From Sulfurospirillum sp. (GTDB lineage: Bacteria > Campylobacterota > Campylobacteria > Campylobacterales > QNZT01), in assembly GCA_024762235.1 (NCBI GenBank), contig JANTHT010000003.1:1-43829 (forward strand): a stretch of 43,829 nt of DNA, given 5' to 3'. This document shows positions 1-12,449 of the stretch, in pieces (position 1 is the first letter of the stretch; each line of letters begins with the position of its first letter). The notes below the pieces were generated by a model. The model saw nothing but the letters and a program-made list of their open reading frames with translations. It ran no database searches and was not told where the DNA came from. The position numbers and the translations under genes were made by a program.

Positions 1-184
1 CATCGGTCAGGCAGCTGCAGGCGGGCGCGGGTTCGTACAGTCCAGCGCTCTGGAGATGTCCAACGTAGATCTGAGCCGTTCCCTGACACAGCTCATCGTC
101 GTGCAGCGTGGTTTTCAGGCCAACTCCAAGACCATCACCACCTCCGACCAGATGCTCAACACCCTCCTCCAGCTCAAACAATAA
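1..184 (+). CDS. flgE: Flagellar hook protein, C-terminal fragment (truncated by window edge)
   Basis: Frame 2 reads ...[46 protein letters not shown], the rod/hook C-terminal signature; TAA at 182-184. Confidence 0.9.
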   Translation, partial: IGQAAAGGRGFVQSSALEMSNVDLSRSLTQLIVVQRGFQANSKTITTSDQMLNTLLQLKQ

Positions 185-200
185 AACATATTTTCGCTAT

Positions 201-230
201 ACTAAGTCCTAAAATCTCTTAGGACTTAGT
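201..230 (+). promoter_or_regulatory. Perfect 12-bp inverted repeat overlapping the thyX -10 box and RBS
   Basis: ACTAAGTCCTAA (201-212), loop AATCTC, TTAGGACTTAGT (219-230). TATACT at 198-203; AGGA RBS at 221-224; ATG at 234. Confidence 0.7.
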
Positions 231-233
231 CGC

Positions 234-857
234 ATGCAAATCACCCTCCTGCACCACACACCGCTGATCGTCTGTGCCAACGCTATCCGCACATGCTGGC
301 AGAGTTTCGACAAAAGCGACAACGGCGGAGAGAAAGACCAGGCGCTGATCGACCGTGTCGGGAACAAGTTCAAACATGCCTCTACACTCGAACATCTGGT
401 TTATACCTTTTATATACAGGGGATATCCCGTGCTCTTTTGCAGGAACTCGCCCGCCACCGCATGGCATCTCTCTCGGTAAAGAGCACACGCTATACCCTC
501 AAAGAACTCAAAAATGAAGCCCCCTTCACGACTGAAGATATACAGAGAGCCGCCAAATATCTGGTCTTTACCGATGAAGAGATGGTAAACGCGATGAGTA
601 TCCGTGCTCTGGAAAATTTGCGACAGGTGATGGTCAGTGGTATTTCCAACGACAAAGCCAAATACTGCCTGCCCGAATCCTACAAAACTGAACTGACATG
701 GACCATCAACGCCAGAAGCCTGCAAAACTTCATCTCTCTCAGGAGCGACAAATCGGCCCTCTGGGAGATCCGCGAACTCGCCCTCGCCCTCTACGATCAC
801 CTGCCGGAGGATCACAAATACCTCTTTACCGATTTTCTGAAGGTTTCACACCCCTGA
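234..857 (+). CDS. thyX: FAD-dependent thymidylate synthase
   Basis: HASTLEH, ISRALLQELARHRMASLSVKSTRY (ThyX RHRx7S motif), NARSLQNF, ALWEIRELA. Confidence 0.96.
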   Translation: MQITLLHHTPLIVCANAIRTCWQSFDKSDNGGEKDQALIDRVGNKFKHASTLEHLVYTFYIQGISRALLQELARHRMASLSVKSTRYTLKELKNEAPFTTEDIQRAAKYLVFTDEEMVNAMSIRALENLRQVMVSGISNDKAKYCLPESYKTELTWTINARSLQNFISLRSDKSALWEIRELALALYDHLPEDHKYLFTDFLKVSHP

Positions 858-1506
858 ATCCCATCGAAATCCAATCCTGCATCCCGCCCCGATACCAGAG
901 CAGTCTCTCTTTAGGGTATCCCATCTCTGTCAGATAGCGGATCGCTTTGACCGACTGCACGCACCATGCACCGTTACAGAAAAACAGCGCCTTTTTTGCA
1001 CGGGAAAAGTCATACTCCTTTTTGCTTTTGACGATTCGAAGCAGTTGTAACAGCCGTACATGCTCTTCGGGAAAGTCGGCATCGTAACGGATCTCGGTAT
1101 AGGGAATATTCACTGCTCCGGGAATCGTAAGCATCCGGTACCACTGCGCTTTGCGTGCATCGACCAATATATAACCGCCGGGCTCTTTTTGCATCTTTTC
1201 CAGAAAATCGAGCACTTCCAGCTCTCCCACCGTTTTGATCTTCGGATCGATCTGCATCGGCTGGATAGCACCGAGTGTCCGGATGACGGTATGTCGGCAT
1301 GCTTTGGGAAGGCGCTCGGGATGGAGAAAGAGATTTTCGGGTGTGATCCCCACTTCCATGCATGCAAACGGTTCGATCCGTTCGATATGGTAACTTCTGT
1401 TGCCATCCATCTGCAACGTCACCCCGCGATACTGCAACGCCAGCAGGTTTTGATCCGCCGACAGACCACCTATACACCCTAAAAGCAAACCCCATACATA
1501 ACGCAT
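826..1506 (-). CDS. Exported rhodanese-like domain protein
   Basis: N-terminal signal-like segment; LVDAR, TIPGAVNIP, FFCNGAWC active-site loop, WYRGGMQDW. Overlaps the thyX 3' end convergently by 32 bp. Confidence 0.85.
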   Translation of the reverse strand: MRYVWGLLLGCIGGLSADQNLLALQYRGVTLQMDGNRSYHIERIEPFACMEVGITPENLFLHPERLPKACRHTVIRTLGAIQPMQIDPKIKTVGELEVLDFLEKMQKEPGGYILVDARKAQWYRMLTIPGAVNIPYTEIRYDADFPEEHVRLLQLLRIVKSKKEYDFSRAKKALFFCNGAWCVQSVKAIRYLTEMGYPKERLLWYRGGMQDWISMGFRGVKPSENR

Positions 1507-1522
1507 CGCTATCTCCTCTGCG

Positions 1523-2416
1523 CTATTTTAACATAAATTTTTCCAATGCCTTCACAACTGCTTCGGGACACTCCTCTTGGGGGATATGCCCGCAATGAGG
1601 GATCATGATCAATCTGGAGTTGCGCAGGTCTCTGTGCAAACGGTAAGCCCGGGAAGGGCGTATGACGATATCGTTCGCACCCCACAGGATGAGTGTCGGT
1701 ATCCTAATCTGACGATAGTATTGCGATACGCAATCGATATCTTCAGGAATCAGCACATGACTTGCTTCCAGGTAAACCCTTTTGGCACCGGGCTTGCGGA
1801 GGTTTTCGGTATAGACTTTGACGATATCTTTCGGAATTTTCCGATCATCGTAAAAGGCATACCGGTAAGAGTCCTCTACCTCATATGAAGCGGGCAGCAG
1901 ATAGAAAGCAAGTGGCCCGACAACCGGAATCTGCAGCCAGCGTATCAGTTTGGGGAGTTGCTGCGCGTATGCTGCTGCATCGATCAGTACCATTTTATCG
2001 ATGCGTGCCGGATTCATCAGTGCCAGTGAGAGCGCGACACCGCCTCCGTAGGAGTGGCCGATCACTATCACATGATCGAGATGATGTGTTTTAAGAAAAC
2101 GCTCCACCAGCACCGCCTGATCGTAGACCGAATAGCGGTGGTCGTCGGGCCTTGGAGAATCTCCAAATCCTTTGAGGTCGACTGCATAGACTTTATAATG
2201 TTTCGAAAGCGCAGGGATGATGCGGCTGAAACTATAGCCGCTCGCCCCAAACCCATGCAACAATACCACAGGCTTGCCAGAACCATACGTTTTGACATGC
2301 AGCGGTATCGTCTCTTCGGGCGCTTTGACAATGCGCTCCTGCCAGGTATTGGCCACTTTGGGAGCGCACCCCGCGATCATGAGCGCCAGAATCAGAACCG
2401 AAACGATCTTACGCAC
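1523..2416 (-). CDS. Alpha/beta-fold hydrolase, predicted lipoprotein
   Basis: LLHGFG, GHSYGG nucleophile elbow, WGAND, CGHIPQEE. Start reassigned to GTG 2416 (GGAG upstream; lipobox-like LMIAGC); the ORF-track extension lies inside pepD. Confidence 0.88.
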   Translation of the reverse strand: MRKIVSVLILALMIAGCAPKVANTWQERIVKAPEETIPLHVKTYGSGKPVVLLHGFGASGYSFSRIIPALSKHYKVYAVDLKGFGDSPRPDDHRYSVYDQAVLVERFLKTHHLDHVIVIGHSYGGGVALSLALMNPARIDKMVLIDAAAYAQQLPKLIRWLQIPVVGPLAFYLLPASYEVEDSYRYAFYDDRKIPKDIVKVYTENLRKPGAKRVYLEASHVLIPEDIDCVSQYYRQIRIPTLILWGANDIVIRPSRAYRLHRDLRNSRLIMIPHCGHIPQEECPEAVVKALEKFMLK

Positions 2417-3689
2417 ACAGCGACTCCACAATTTTTCTAACCACCCGATATGTCTTTTCGACCGAGGCGATCTCCACATGCTCGTGTGTAGAGTGAGGCG
2501 ATCGGATATTGGGACCGATCGACGCGATCTGCATCTTCGGATATTTGTCGGAGAGAACGGCACACTCCAGCCCTGCATGAATCGCTTTGTAGTCGCATGC
2601 GCCAAACACCGACGCGACTTTTTCACATACGAGCCGTGAAAAGTCGTTGATCTCCGGCTTCCAGGCGGGATATTTCCCTTCGCTGCGCACGCTATAGCCG
2701 TATCGGGTGAAAAAGTCACGCATGGTGTGCTCCACCGCATCGAGCCCCGCTGCATCCATCGCTCTGGCTGAGGTGGCGAAGCTGCAGAGGCCATCTTTCA
2801 GGGAGAGGAGTGCCAGATTGACACTGCGATCGGGGATGCCGAGTGTTTCGTGCATCGCCAGTACACCATGGGGACACTTTTCGATCATCTCGATCACTTC
2901 ACTGCTGCCGTCGATCACCTGACCCGGTACCTCTGACTTCGCCATTTCTCTGACAGAGATATGCTCCGCCTGCGGCAGCGATCCATTGCCGCTGACCACC
3001 GCCCTGACATGCGTCGGTATCGAGTTGATCCGCTCTCCCGCATCGATCGAGGCAATCTTCAAATTATGCGTTTGGGCATAGTGACCGAACAGCTTGATCG
3101 CATTGGGGATGTTTTTGTGAATCTCCACACCCGAGTGCCCGCCCGGCAGTCCCGAAACCGTCACTTCGTAAAATGGTGCTTCGCTTTTTTCCATCTCATA
3201 GCGCTTCCCGGCAAAAACATCGACCCCGCCCGCACACCCTATGTAAACTTCCGCTTCATCTTCACTGTCGAGGTTGAGCATGTAGTCGCTTTTGAGATCG
3301 AACGAGAGGGCGTTGGCACCCACCAGTCCCACCTCTTCGTCTGCGGTAAAGAGAAATTCACACGCCCTGCCCTCCTCCATCAGCGCCATCATCATCGCCA
3401 CCGCGATACCGTTGTCGGCACCCAGCGTAGACTCTCTGGCATAGAGCCATCCCTCTTTTTCATAGGTTGCTATCTGCGGAGCCCTGCCGACACATACCAT
3501 GTCGTAATGCGCCTGAAAAGCCAGTTTCGGAGAGTTTTTGGAAGCGAGGATATTGCCCGCACTGTCATGCTGCACACTGTAGCCGTACCGCGAAGCGAAA
3601 TCGATCAGAAAATCTCTGAGCGCATCGGCATCGCTGGAGCAGTGGGGAATCTGAGTCAACTGTTCAAAATAGTCTAAAATGTTTCGCAT
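2409..3689 (-). CDS. pepD: M20 family dipeptidase (aminoacyl-histidine dipeptidase-like)
   Basis: QAHYDMV, TLGADNGIAVA, FTADEEVGLVGA, LNLDSED, GGHSG, IHAGLEC, PHSTHE. Start reassigned to ATG 3689 after AAAGGA. Confidence 0.9.
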   Translation of the reverse strand: MRNILDYFEQLTQIPHCSSDADALRDFLIDFASRYGYSVQHDSAGNILASKNSPKLAFQAHYDMVCVGRAPQIATYEKEGWLYARESTLGADNGIAVAMMMALMEEGRACEFLFTADEEVGLVGANALSFDLKSDYMLNLDSEDEAEVYIGCAGGVDVFAGKRYEMEKSEAPFYEVTVSGLPGGHSGVEIHKNIPNAIKLFGHYAQTHNLKIASIDAGERINSIPTHVRAVVSGNGSLPQAEHISVREMAKSEVPGQVIDGSSEVIEMIEKCPHGVLAMHETLGIPDRSVNLALLSLKDGLCSFATSARAMDAAGLDAVEHTMRDFFTRYGYSVRSEGKYPAWKPEINDFSRLVCEKVASVFGACDYKAIHAGLECAVLSDKYPKMQIASIGPNIRSPHSTHEHVEIASVEKTYRVVRKIVESLCA

Positions 3690-3690
3690 A

Positions 3691-3723
3691 GGTATCCTTT
3701 CGTCGGCTTTTTGAAAGGATACC
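3691..3723 (-). promoter_or_regulatory. Perfect 11-bp stem-loop in the pepD 5' UTR that includes the RBS
   Basis: Minus strand reads GGTATCCTTTC AAAAAGCCGAC GAAAGGATACC T ATG. Confidence 0.7.
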
Positions 3724-3730
3724 AAAATCT

Positions 3731-4525
3731 TTAAAATTTGTAGTTAAAACCGATCCCGACGTAGGGTATCCACTGATATTTGTCCAACTCTTCCTGCAGA
3801 GAGAGCATCTCGGCATCGATATCCTTTTTCAAATCCGCTTCGATCTGCTCCTTTCTGGTATTGACCTCATCGGTAATCTCTTTGATCTTTGCCTCTTTTT
3901 GCGGACCATCCGGAATATCCGCTGCCTCTGTGGCAATACGCCGGTCGATGTCTAGTGCAGGACCATATTTCAATCGATAGCTGGCTGTCGCAGATCCCTG
4001 ATAGGCCACACCGACATTGAAGATAAAACCAAATCCCTTTTTCTTGTCAAACGATGTGTCCCACCCGAACCCGACATAGGGTGCCACAGGGTCAAAATCG
4101 ACTCTGGTATCGATGGCACCCAATTCGGAGATTGCATAACTGTAGTGTTTGTTTTTGAAGTCGAACTCGATACGATCCGCTCCTCTGGCGTTGGGCGTCA
4201 CTTCGCCGTCAAGCGCACTGTTGTTGACGATTACACCTCCCTGAAGATTGAAAGCGCCCGCCCAGGGGTGATAAGCCCCTATCAGCATCATATCCTGCAG
4301 TTTCAAATCCAAATTATACTTTCTGGTCTCACTCTCCGCTTCATAATCCTTATAACTGAATGTATCGAAACTGGCCCTGATACCGTAATAGTCACCTAAT
4401 TTGGCTTTGATACCCGCTCCTGCACCAAACAGAGAAGCCTGCACACCCAGAGATGTCCCCTGATAATCGATATCTGCATGTGCGCCCGCAACCAACAATC
4501 CCGTCAATACAATTTTTTTTACCAT
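3731..4525 (-). CDS. Putative outer-membrane beta-barrel protein
   Basis: Signal peptide (AHA/D), amphipathic beta-strands (APYVGFGW, FNVGVAYQG), C-terminal PYVGIGFNYKF ending in Phe. Confidence 0.75.
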   Translation of the reverse strand: MVKKIVLTGLLVAGAHADIDYQGTSLGVQASLFGAGAGIKAKLGDYYGIRASFDTFSYKDYEAESETRKYNLDLKLQDMMLIGAYHPWAGAFNLQGGVIVNNSALDGEVTPNARGADRIEFDFKNKHYSYAISELGAIDTRVDFDPVAPYVGFGWDTSFDKKKGFGFIFNVGVAYQGSATASYRLKYGPALDIDRRIATEAADIPDGPQKEAKIKEITDEVNTRKEQIEADLKKDIDAEMLSLQEELDKYQWIPYVGIGFNYKF

Positions 4526-4578
4526 CTTGAGCCTTTTTCTCTGATCTTTTGACTAAATCGGCTCTTAACAATAAAACT

Positions 4579-5046
4579 TTACCGTATCCTCTGGGCATGT
4601 GTCAACGCTACGGCGATCGCATCGGTGATGTCGAGCGGTTTGATCTCCTGTTTGATGCCTAAAATCCTTTTGACCATGAAAGCGACCTGCTCCTTTTTCG
4701 CCTTGCCGTTGCCGGTTACCGCTTTTTTCACCTGAAGCGGTGTATATTCGCTGAAGTTTCCGATCTCCTGCAACACTTTCAGACTTAAAGCGCCGCGAAA
4801 CTGCGCCAGTTTGATCACCGTTTTGGGGTTGTAGGCATAGAAGATATCTTCGATCGCCACCTCATCGATCGTTTTACCCCGTATGACGGTATCGAATCCC
4901 TCCACCAGCTCTACGATCTGCTCCTGCAGCAGTTTGGTCTTGATTTTGATGAGACCTGCCTCAAGAAGTATTGTTCTGTTTTTAGTTTTTTCTAATAAAG
5001 CATATCCGCAGTTGATGCTGCCTGGATCTATACCGAGTATGACCAT
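4579..5046 (-). CDS. ruvC: Holliday junction resolvase
   Basis: [42 protein letters not shown]. Confidence 0.96.
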   Translation of the reverse strand: MVILGIDPGSINCGYALLEKTKNRTILLEAGLIKIKTKLLQEQIVELVEGFDTVIRGKTIDEVAIEDIFYAYNPKTVIKLAQFRGALSLKVLQEIGNFSEYTPLQVKKAVTGNGKAKKEQVAFMVKRILGIKQEIKPLDITDAIAVALTHAQRIR

Positions 5047-5060
5047 ACGTTTCTGTCGCC

Positions 5061-5284
5061 TTTTTCACACTATTCACATACTTTTCACAATGTGAAAAAG
5101 TAGCTATCGTGGTTAATTTCAACTTAAATTTTTTGCTTCTTGACTTATTCACATGTCATGATGAAAAGCCTGTAGAGACCGGCATGTGAAAAGAGTCTCG
5201 CAATGGCTCTGTTTTCGAGATTGAAGAGGCTATTTTAGTTTACTTTTGCTAAAATATTCACATCTTTGCATTTGATGTGAATAA
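5061..5284. other. oriC1: DnaA-box cluster upstream of dnaA
   Basis: TT(A/T)TTCACA-like boxes at 5061-5069, 5070-5078, 5081-5089, 5091-5099 (rev), 5145-5153, 5185-5193 (rev), 5254-5262 and 5276-5284 (rev). Confidence 0.88.
5247..5255 (+). promoter_or_regulatory. Extended -10 promoter of dnaA, abutting a DnaA box
   Basis: TGCTAAAAT, with DnaA box ATATTCACA at 5254-5262 over the expected start site. Confidence 0.6.
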
Positions 5285-5297
5285 AGGAGGTTCGCTT

Positions 5298-6638
5298 ATG
5301 TTGTATCAGCAAGTACTCGACCTCCTGAAAAGTGAAATTTCACCCGATGAGTATCAGCGATACATCCGGCATCTTCGTTACGATGAAAAAGCATCAAGCT
5401 CCGACATGCTCGTTTTTCTGGTACCCAATCAACTGCTTGTGCGCTGGATACAGACCAAATACGCAAATAAAATCGCACATATCTATGAGTCGCTGACAGG
5501 CAAATCACCCACTGTCGTCATACAGTATCACTCCTCACGACAAGATGTGAATAACCCTGTGACCAAACCTTCTGCAACGACACCCAAAACTGTTTCCACA
5601 CTCTTAAATACATCATATACTTTTGAAAATTTTGTTGTCGGCTCCTCCAACCAGCTCGCTTTCGCCGCTGCCAGGTCCGCTGCAAAATCACCGGGACAGC
5701 AGTACAATCCGCTCTTCATCTACGGGGGGAGCGGTCTGGGCAAAACCCACCTGATGCAGGCGATCGGCAACTATGCCATCAGCCGGGGATTCACTGTCAT
5801 CTACACCACCAGTGAACAGTTCCTGAACGATTTTCTCTACAATGTCCGCAACCAGACGATGGACCGATTCAGACAGAAGTACCGCCAGTGCGACTTTCTG
5901 CTCATCGACGACATACAGTTTCTCAGCAACAAAGAGCAGACGCAGGAGGAGTTTTTTCACACCTTCAACGAACTCTACAATCTCAAAAAACAGATCGTCC
6001 TCTCCTCCGACAAACCTCCCAAGAAGATCGCGGGCTTCGAGGAGCGCCTGACAAGCCGCTTTGAATGGGGTCTGATGGCAGATGTCCAGCCGCCGGGCCT
6101 CGAGACCAAGATCTCCATCATCAAAAAGAAGTGCGAGATGGACAATATCCACCTCGACGACGAAGTGATCCACTATATCGCTATCCATATGGAAGACAAT
6201 ATCCGGGAAATCGAGAGTGCCATCATCTACCTCAACGCCCATGCCAACCTTCTCTCCCGTAAAATCACGATCGATTTCGCCACGGAAGTGATGAAAGATC
6301 TCATCAAAGACAGAGCGGTCGATATCACCCTGGACGATATTATCAGAGTCATCGCACGTGAATTAAATATCAAACCGTCCGATATTAAGTCGAAGAAGCG
6401 CAGCCGGCCTATCGTCGAAGCGAGACGCATCGGTATCTATCTGGCCAAAACACTCACGCCCGAAAACAAGATGAAAGATCTGGCGGAATTTTTTGGACTC
6501 AAAGATCATACCGCCGTCTCCCATGCAATGAAAACGATCAACAAACTTCTCAAAACGGATGAGAATTTCAAAATCAAAGTCGAAGCGTTAAAGAGTAAAA
6601 TAACATCAGCCAAATCGGTTTCAGGTGAAATGAAGTGA
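5298..6638 (+). CDS. dnaA: Chromosomal replication initiator
   Basis: YTFENFVVG, YNPLFIYGGSGLGKTHL, LLIDDIQF, RLTSRFEWG, DHTAVSHA. ATG 5298 follows AAGGAGG. Confidence 0.98.
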   Translation: MLYQQVLDLLKSEISPDEYQRYIRHLRYDEKASSSDMLVFLVPNQLLVRWIQTKYANKIAHIYESLTGKSPTVVIQYHSSRQDVNNPVTKPSATTPKTVSTLLNTSYTFENFVVGSSNQLAFAAARSAAKSPGQQYNPLFIYGGSGLGKTHLMQAIGNYAISRGFTVIYTTSEQFLNDFLYNVRNQTMDRFRQKYRQCDFLLIDDIQFLSNKEQTQEEFFHTFNELYNLKKQIVLSSDKPPKKIAGFEERLTSRFEWGLMADVQPPGLETKISIIKKKCEMDNIHLDDEVIHYIAIHMEDNIREIESAIIYLNAHANLLSRKITIDFATEVMKDLIKDRAVDITLDDIIRVIARELNIKPSDIKSKKRSRPIVEARRIGIYLAKTLTPENKMKDLAEFFGLKDHTAVSHAMKTINKLLKTDENFKIKVEALKSKITSAKSVSGEMK

Positions 6639-6745
6639 ATAAAAAAAGAGAAATGAAAAAGTATCAAAGCACCAATTCATCGGCATTTTCAGCGTTATTC
6701 ACCTATTCACGCACACCTACTACTAAAACTACAAAAATAATAATA
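6624..6745. other. oriC2: DnaA boxes, DnaA-trio repeats and AT-rich unwinding element between dnaA and dnaN
   Basis: AGTGAATAA 6634-6642, TTATTCACC 6695-6703, CTATTCACG 6703-6711, then CTACTACTA (6717-6725) and AAACTACAAAAATAATAATA. Confidence 0.85.
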
Positions 6746-6760
6746 TAGAAGGGAAGAGCC

Positions 6761-10160
<3,400 letters not shown>

Positions 10161-10169
10161 GGAGCGCGT

Positions 10170-10553
10170 GTGAAATATGGTGAAAAAGAGATCAGGAGTT
10201 TCGATGTTGACAAAGATCTCGAAATCTGGCCCAACAAGCATGACAAAGCTTACCTGATCAAGATCACGCTGCCCGAATTTATGGCACTATGTCCCCGTTC
10301 GGGATATCCCGATTTTGCGACGATCTATCTGGAGTATATTCCCGATCAATGGGTCGTCGAACTCAAGGCGCTCAAGCTCTACATCAACTCCTTTATGACG
10401 CGACACATCAGCCATGAGGATAGCGCCAACGAGATCTACGATACCTTAGATGCCAAACTCTCTCCGAAATGGATGAAGATTGTCGCGGACTTCAACCCAA
10501 GAGGCAATGTCCACACCATCATAGAGATTGACAGCGACAAAATCGTCAGATGA
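10170..10553 (+). CDS. queF: NADPH-dependent preQ0 reductase (short type)
   Basis: PEFMALCPRSGYPDFA, VELKALKLYINSF, ISHE, FNPRG. GTG start after AAGGAG. Confidence 0.94.
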   Translation: MKYGEKEIRSFDVDKDLEIWPNKHDKAYLIKITLPEFMALCPRSGYPDFATIYLEYIPDQWVVELKALKLYINSFMTRHISHEDSANEIYDTLDAKLSPKWMKIVADFNPRGNVHTIIEIDSDKIVR

Positions 10554-11764
10554 TCACTCCCAGACTCGTCGAACTCCTCTTCTCCGCCGCATCGATACAG
10601 CGCTGGAACGACTATCCCCGGATGGTCGATCTGGTGGAGCTGGACAAGCAGGCGCACAAATTTGTCATCGCCTACTTTCTTGCTAAAATCGAGAACGATG
10701 ACGAGATCAACATGTACCATCTCATCGAGGCGGGGATTTTCGAGTTTTTGCGACGTGTCGTCGTGACCGACATGCGTCCTGACGTTTTTCGAAAGATCCT
10801 GCAAAAGAAAAAAGAGGAACTCAACAGCTGGGTGATCGAACAGCTCAGAGAGGATCTTTCGCCGATCGAAGAGGGTGCGTTTTTACAGCGTTTCGAATCG
10901 TTTCTGCTGGATGAGCGCTACTATGAGAGGGAGCGTTTCATCCTCAAAGCGGCTTCCTACCTCTCGACACGCTGGGAGTTTTCGATCATCTACCAGACGA
11001 GCCAGTTCCTCAACGATATCGAAGATGTCAAAAACGCTGTCGATGACGAGATGGAAGATTACTATGAACTGATCGGTGTGCGGAAGATCGCCCTTAACAA
11101 AAAGCTCTCCCGGTTTATCGATCTGAGTGGCAGGCTTCGCTTTCAGAAGCGGTGGGCACAGACACCGCGTATCCCTGAGACATCGGTACTGGGCCACATG
11201 CTGACTGTTGCGATGTTTGCGTACTTTTATTCACGTCATGTGGGTGCGTGTGAAAAGCGGCTCGAAAACAACTTCTTCTGCGCCCTCTTCCATGATCTGC
11301 CCGAAGCGCTGACCAAAGATATCATCACCCCCGTCAAATACTCGGTCAGCGGTCTGGACGATATCATCAGCGCTTTTGAGATCGAAAAGATACAGAACGA
11401 GATCCTGCCGCTGATACCGGCGCAGATACAGGATGCGTTCTCCTATCTGCTGGGCATCTACGGAGAGAATGAGAAAGATGAGTTCCTGAACAAGATCTAT
11501 ATCGACAAGATAGAGGTGGTCGACTCTCTGGCGGGCTATAATGAAGATTATTGCAACGCCATCGACGGATATGCACTCAAAGCGGGAGACAGACTGGCGG
11601 CTTTTATCGAAGCGACGATTTCGATCTACCATGGTGTCAAGTCAAATGAACTATTCAAGGGAAAAGAGGAGACGCTCAAAAAGATTCAAGAGAAGGGTGT
11701 TGTCAACGGGGTCGATTTTTACAGGCTGGCGAAAGAGATCGAGAGCTATTTCAGCGTAAGTTAG
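10550..11764 (+). CDS. HD-domain (YfbR-like) phosphohydrolase with two HD-fold repeats
   Basis: C-terminal repeat QKRW...ETSVLGH...LFHDLPEALTKDIITPVK; N-terminal repeat IQRWND...DKQAH...VTD lacks the HD pair. ATGA overlap with queF. Confidence 0.82.
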   Translation: MITPRLVELLFSAASIQRWNDYPRMVDLVELDKQAHKFVIAYFLAKIENDDEINMYHLIEAGIFEFLRRVVVTDMRPDVFRKILQKKKEELNSWVIEQLREDLSPIEEGAFLQRFESFLLDERYYERERFILKAASYLSTRWEFSIIYQTSQFLNDIEDVKNAVDDEMEDYYELIGVRKIALNKKLSRFIDLSGRLRFQKRWAQTPRIPETSVLGHMLTVAMFAYFYSRHVGACEKRLENNFFCALFHDLPEALTKDIITPVKYSVSGLDDIISAFEIEKIQNEILPLIPAQIQDAFSYLLGIYGENEKDEFLNKIYIDKIEVVDSLAGYNEDYCNAIDGYALKAGDRLAAFIEATISIYHGVKSNELFKGKEETLKKIQEKGVVNGVDFYRLAKEIESYFSVS

Positions 11765-11768
11765 AAGA

Positions 11769-11871
11769 CTCCCCTCAAGGTTCCTGCGGCACCCGCCGGA
11801 ACAGGGTGCGTTGCTGTGTTCCCACCCTGGCGCGTTGCCCTGAACCGGCGTTGCACAGGTCTTAAGGAGAG
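11769..11871 (-). ncRNA. ffs: Signal recognition particle (4.5S) RNA
   Basis: Minus strand forms a long hairpin CTCTCCTTAAG...CTTGAGGGGAG carrying the domain IV motif CCAGGGTGGGAACACAGCA. Minus-strand -10 TAAAAT at 11915-11910. Confidence 0.9.
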
Positions 11872-11983
11872 CACTCAAAAAGCCGACGCTTTCTCAGTGC
11901 TGGAGAGGGATTTTAGCCTATCTATACTTAAGGGCACCTCTAACAATCGTATCCTCTGAACAATTAAAAGGGAGTGTATCAGC

Positions 11984-12427
11984 GTGCGTATGAAAAAACT
12001 GAAGATATGGTTTCTGACATTTTTCAGGGATCTCTTTCTCTACCATAACAGTTCACTTGAGTTTCGTGCCAAGCTCTTCGCTGCAATTATAGGTGCCAAC
12101 AAGCATGTGGATAGTTGTGAAAAGGAGCTTCTTAATCAGGTAGCCCGGGAGATCTATCCGGATGATGAAGCGAGAGCCGATGTTTTTGTCATGACAACGA
12201 TAGAGTACGTCACAAAGATCATTCAGCACAACGGCCTCGATCTCAATGAATTGATTCTGGCGATTGATGCGGAACTGAGAGATGTCAAACGTTTCTGCGA
12301 GAAGGTCGATATTGAAAAATTGCGGCGTTTTCTTGTCTGTAGTGAAGATGACGAAGAGACACAGCTCATCCAGCAGCGAATTTTGGAATTTCTGGAAAAT
12401 GAGGTGAAAAATTTCAGTAAATTATGA
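11984..12427 (+). CDS. Conserved hypothetical helical protein (possibly TerB-like fold)
   Basis: 147-aa ORF with GGGAG RBS; LEFRAKLFAAIIGAN...EKELL pattern. Confidence 0.7.
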   Translation: MRMKKLKIWFLTFFRDLFLYHNSSLEFRAKLFAAIIGANKHVDSCEKELLNQVAREIYPDDEARADVFVMTTIEYVTKIIQHNGLDLNELILAIDAELRDVKRFCEKVDIEKLRRFLVCSEDDEETQLIQQRILEFLENEVKNFSKL

Positions 12428-12449
12428 TAAAATACGCCTCTTCACAGAT

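Noticed and set aside
2417-2794. N-terminal 126-aa extension of the alpha/beta hydrolase ORF
   Set aside because: It lies within pepD in another frame; GTG 2416 has an RBS and gives a proper lipoprotein signal.
5061-5099. Short tandem TTCACA repeats as a CRISPR or simple repeat array
   Set aside because: The units are 9-mers matching DnaA boxes, with no 25-45 bp repeats, spacers or cas genes.
10170-10553. queF with folE as a dpd-type 7-deazaguanine DNA modification system
   Set aside because: No dpdA or tgt-like gene or other dpd genes are in the window; both genes sit in ordinary housekeeping contexts 31 kb apart.
11651-11878. 75-aa minus-strand ORF downstream of the HD gene
   Set aside because: It coincides with the SRP RNA gene and has no coding features.
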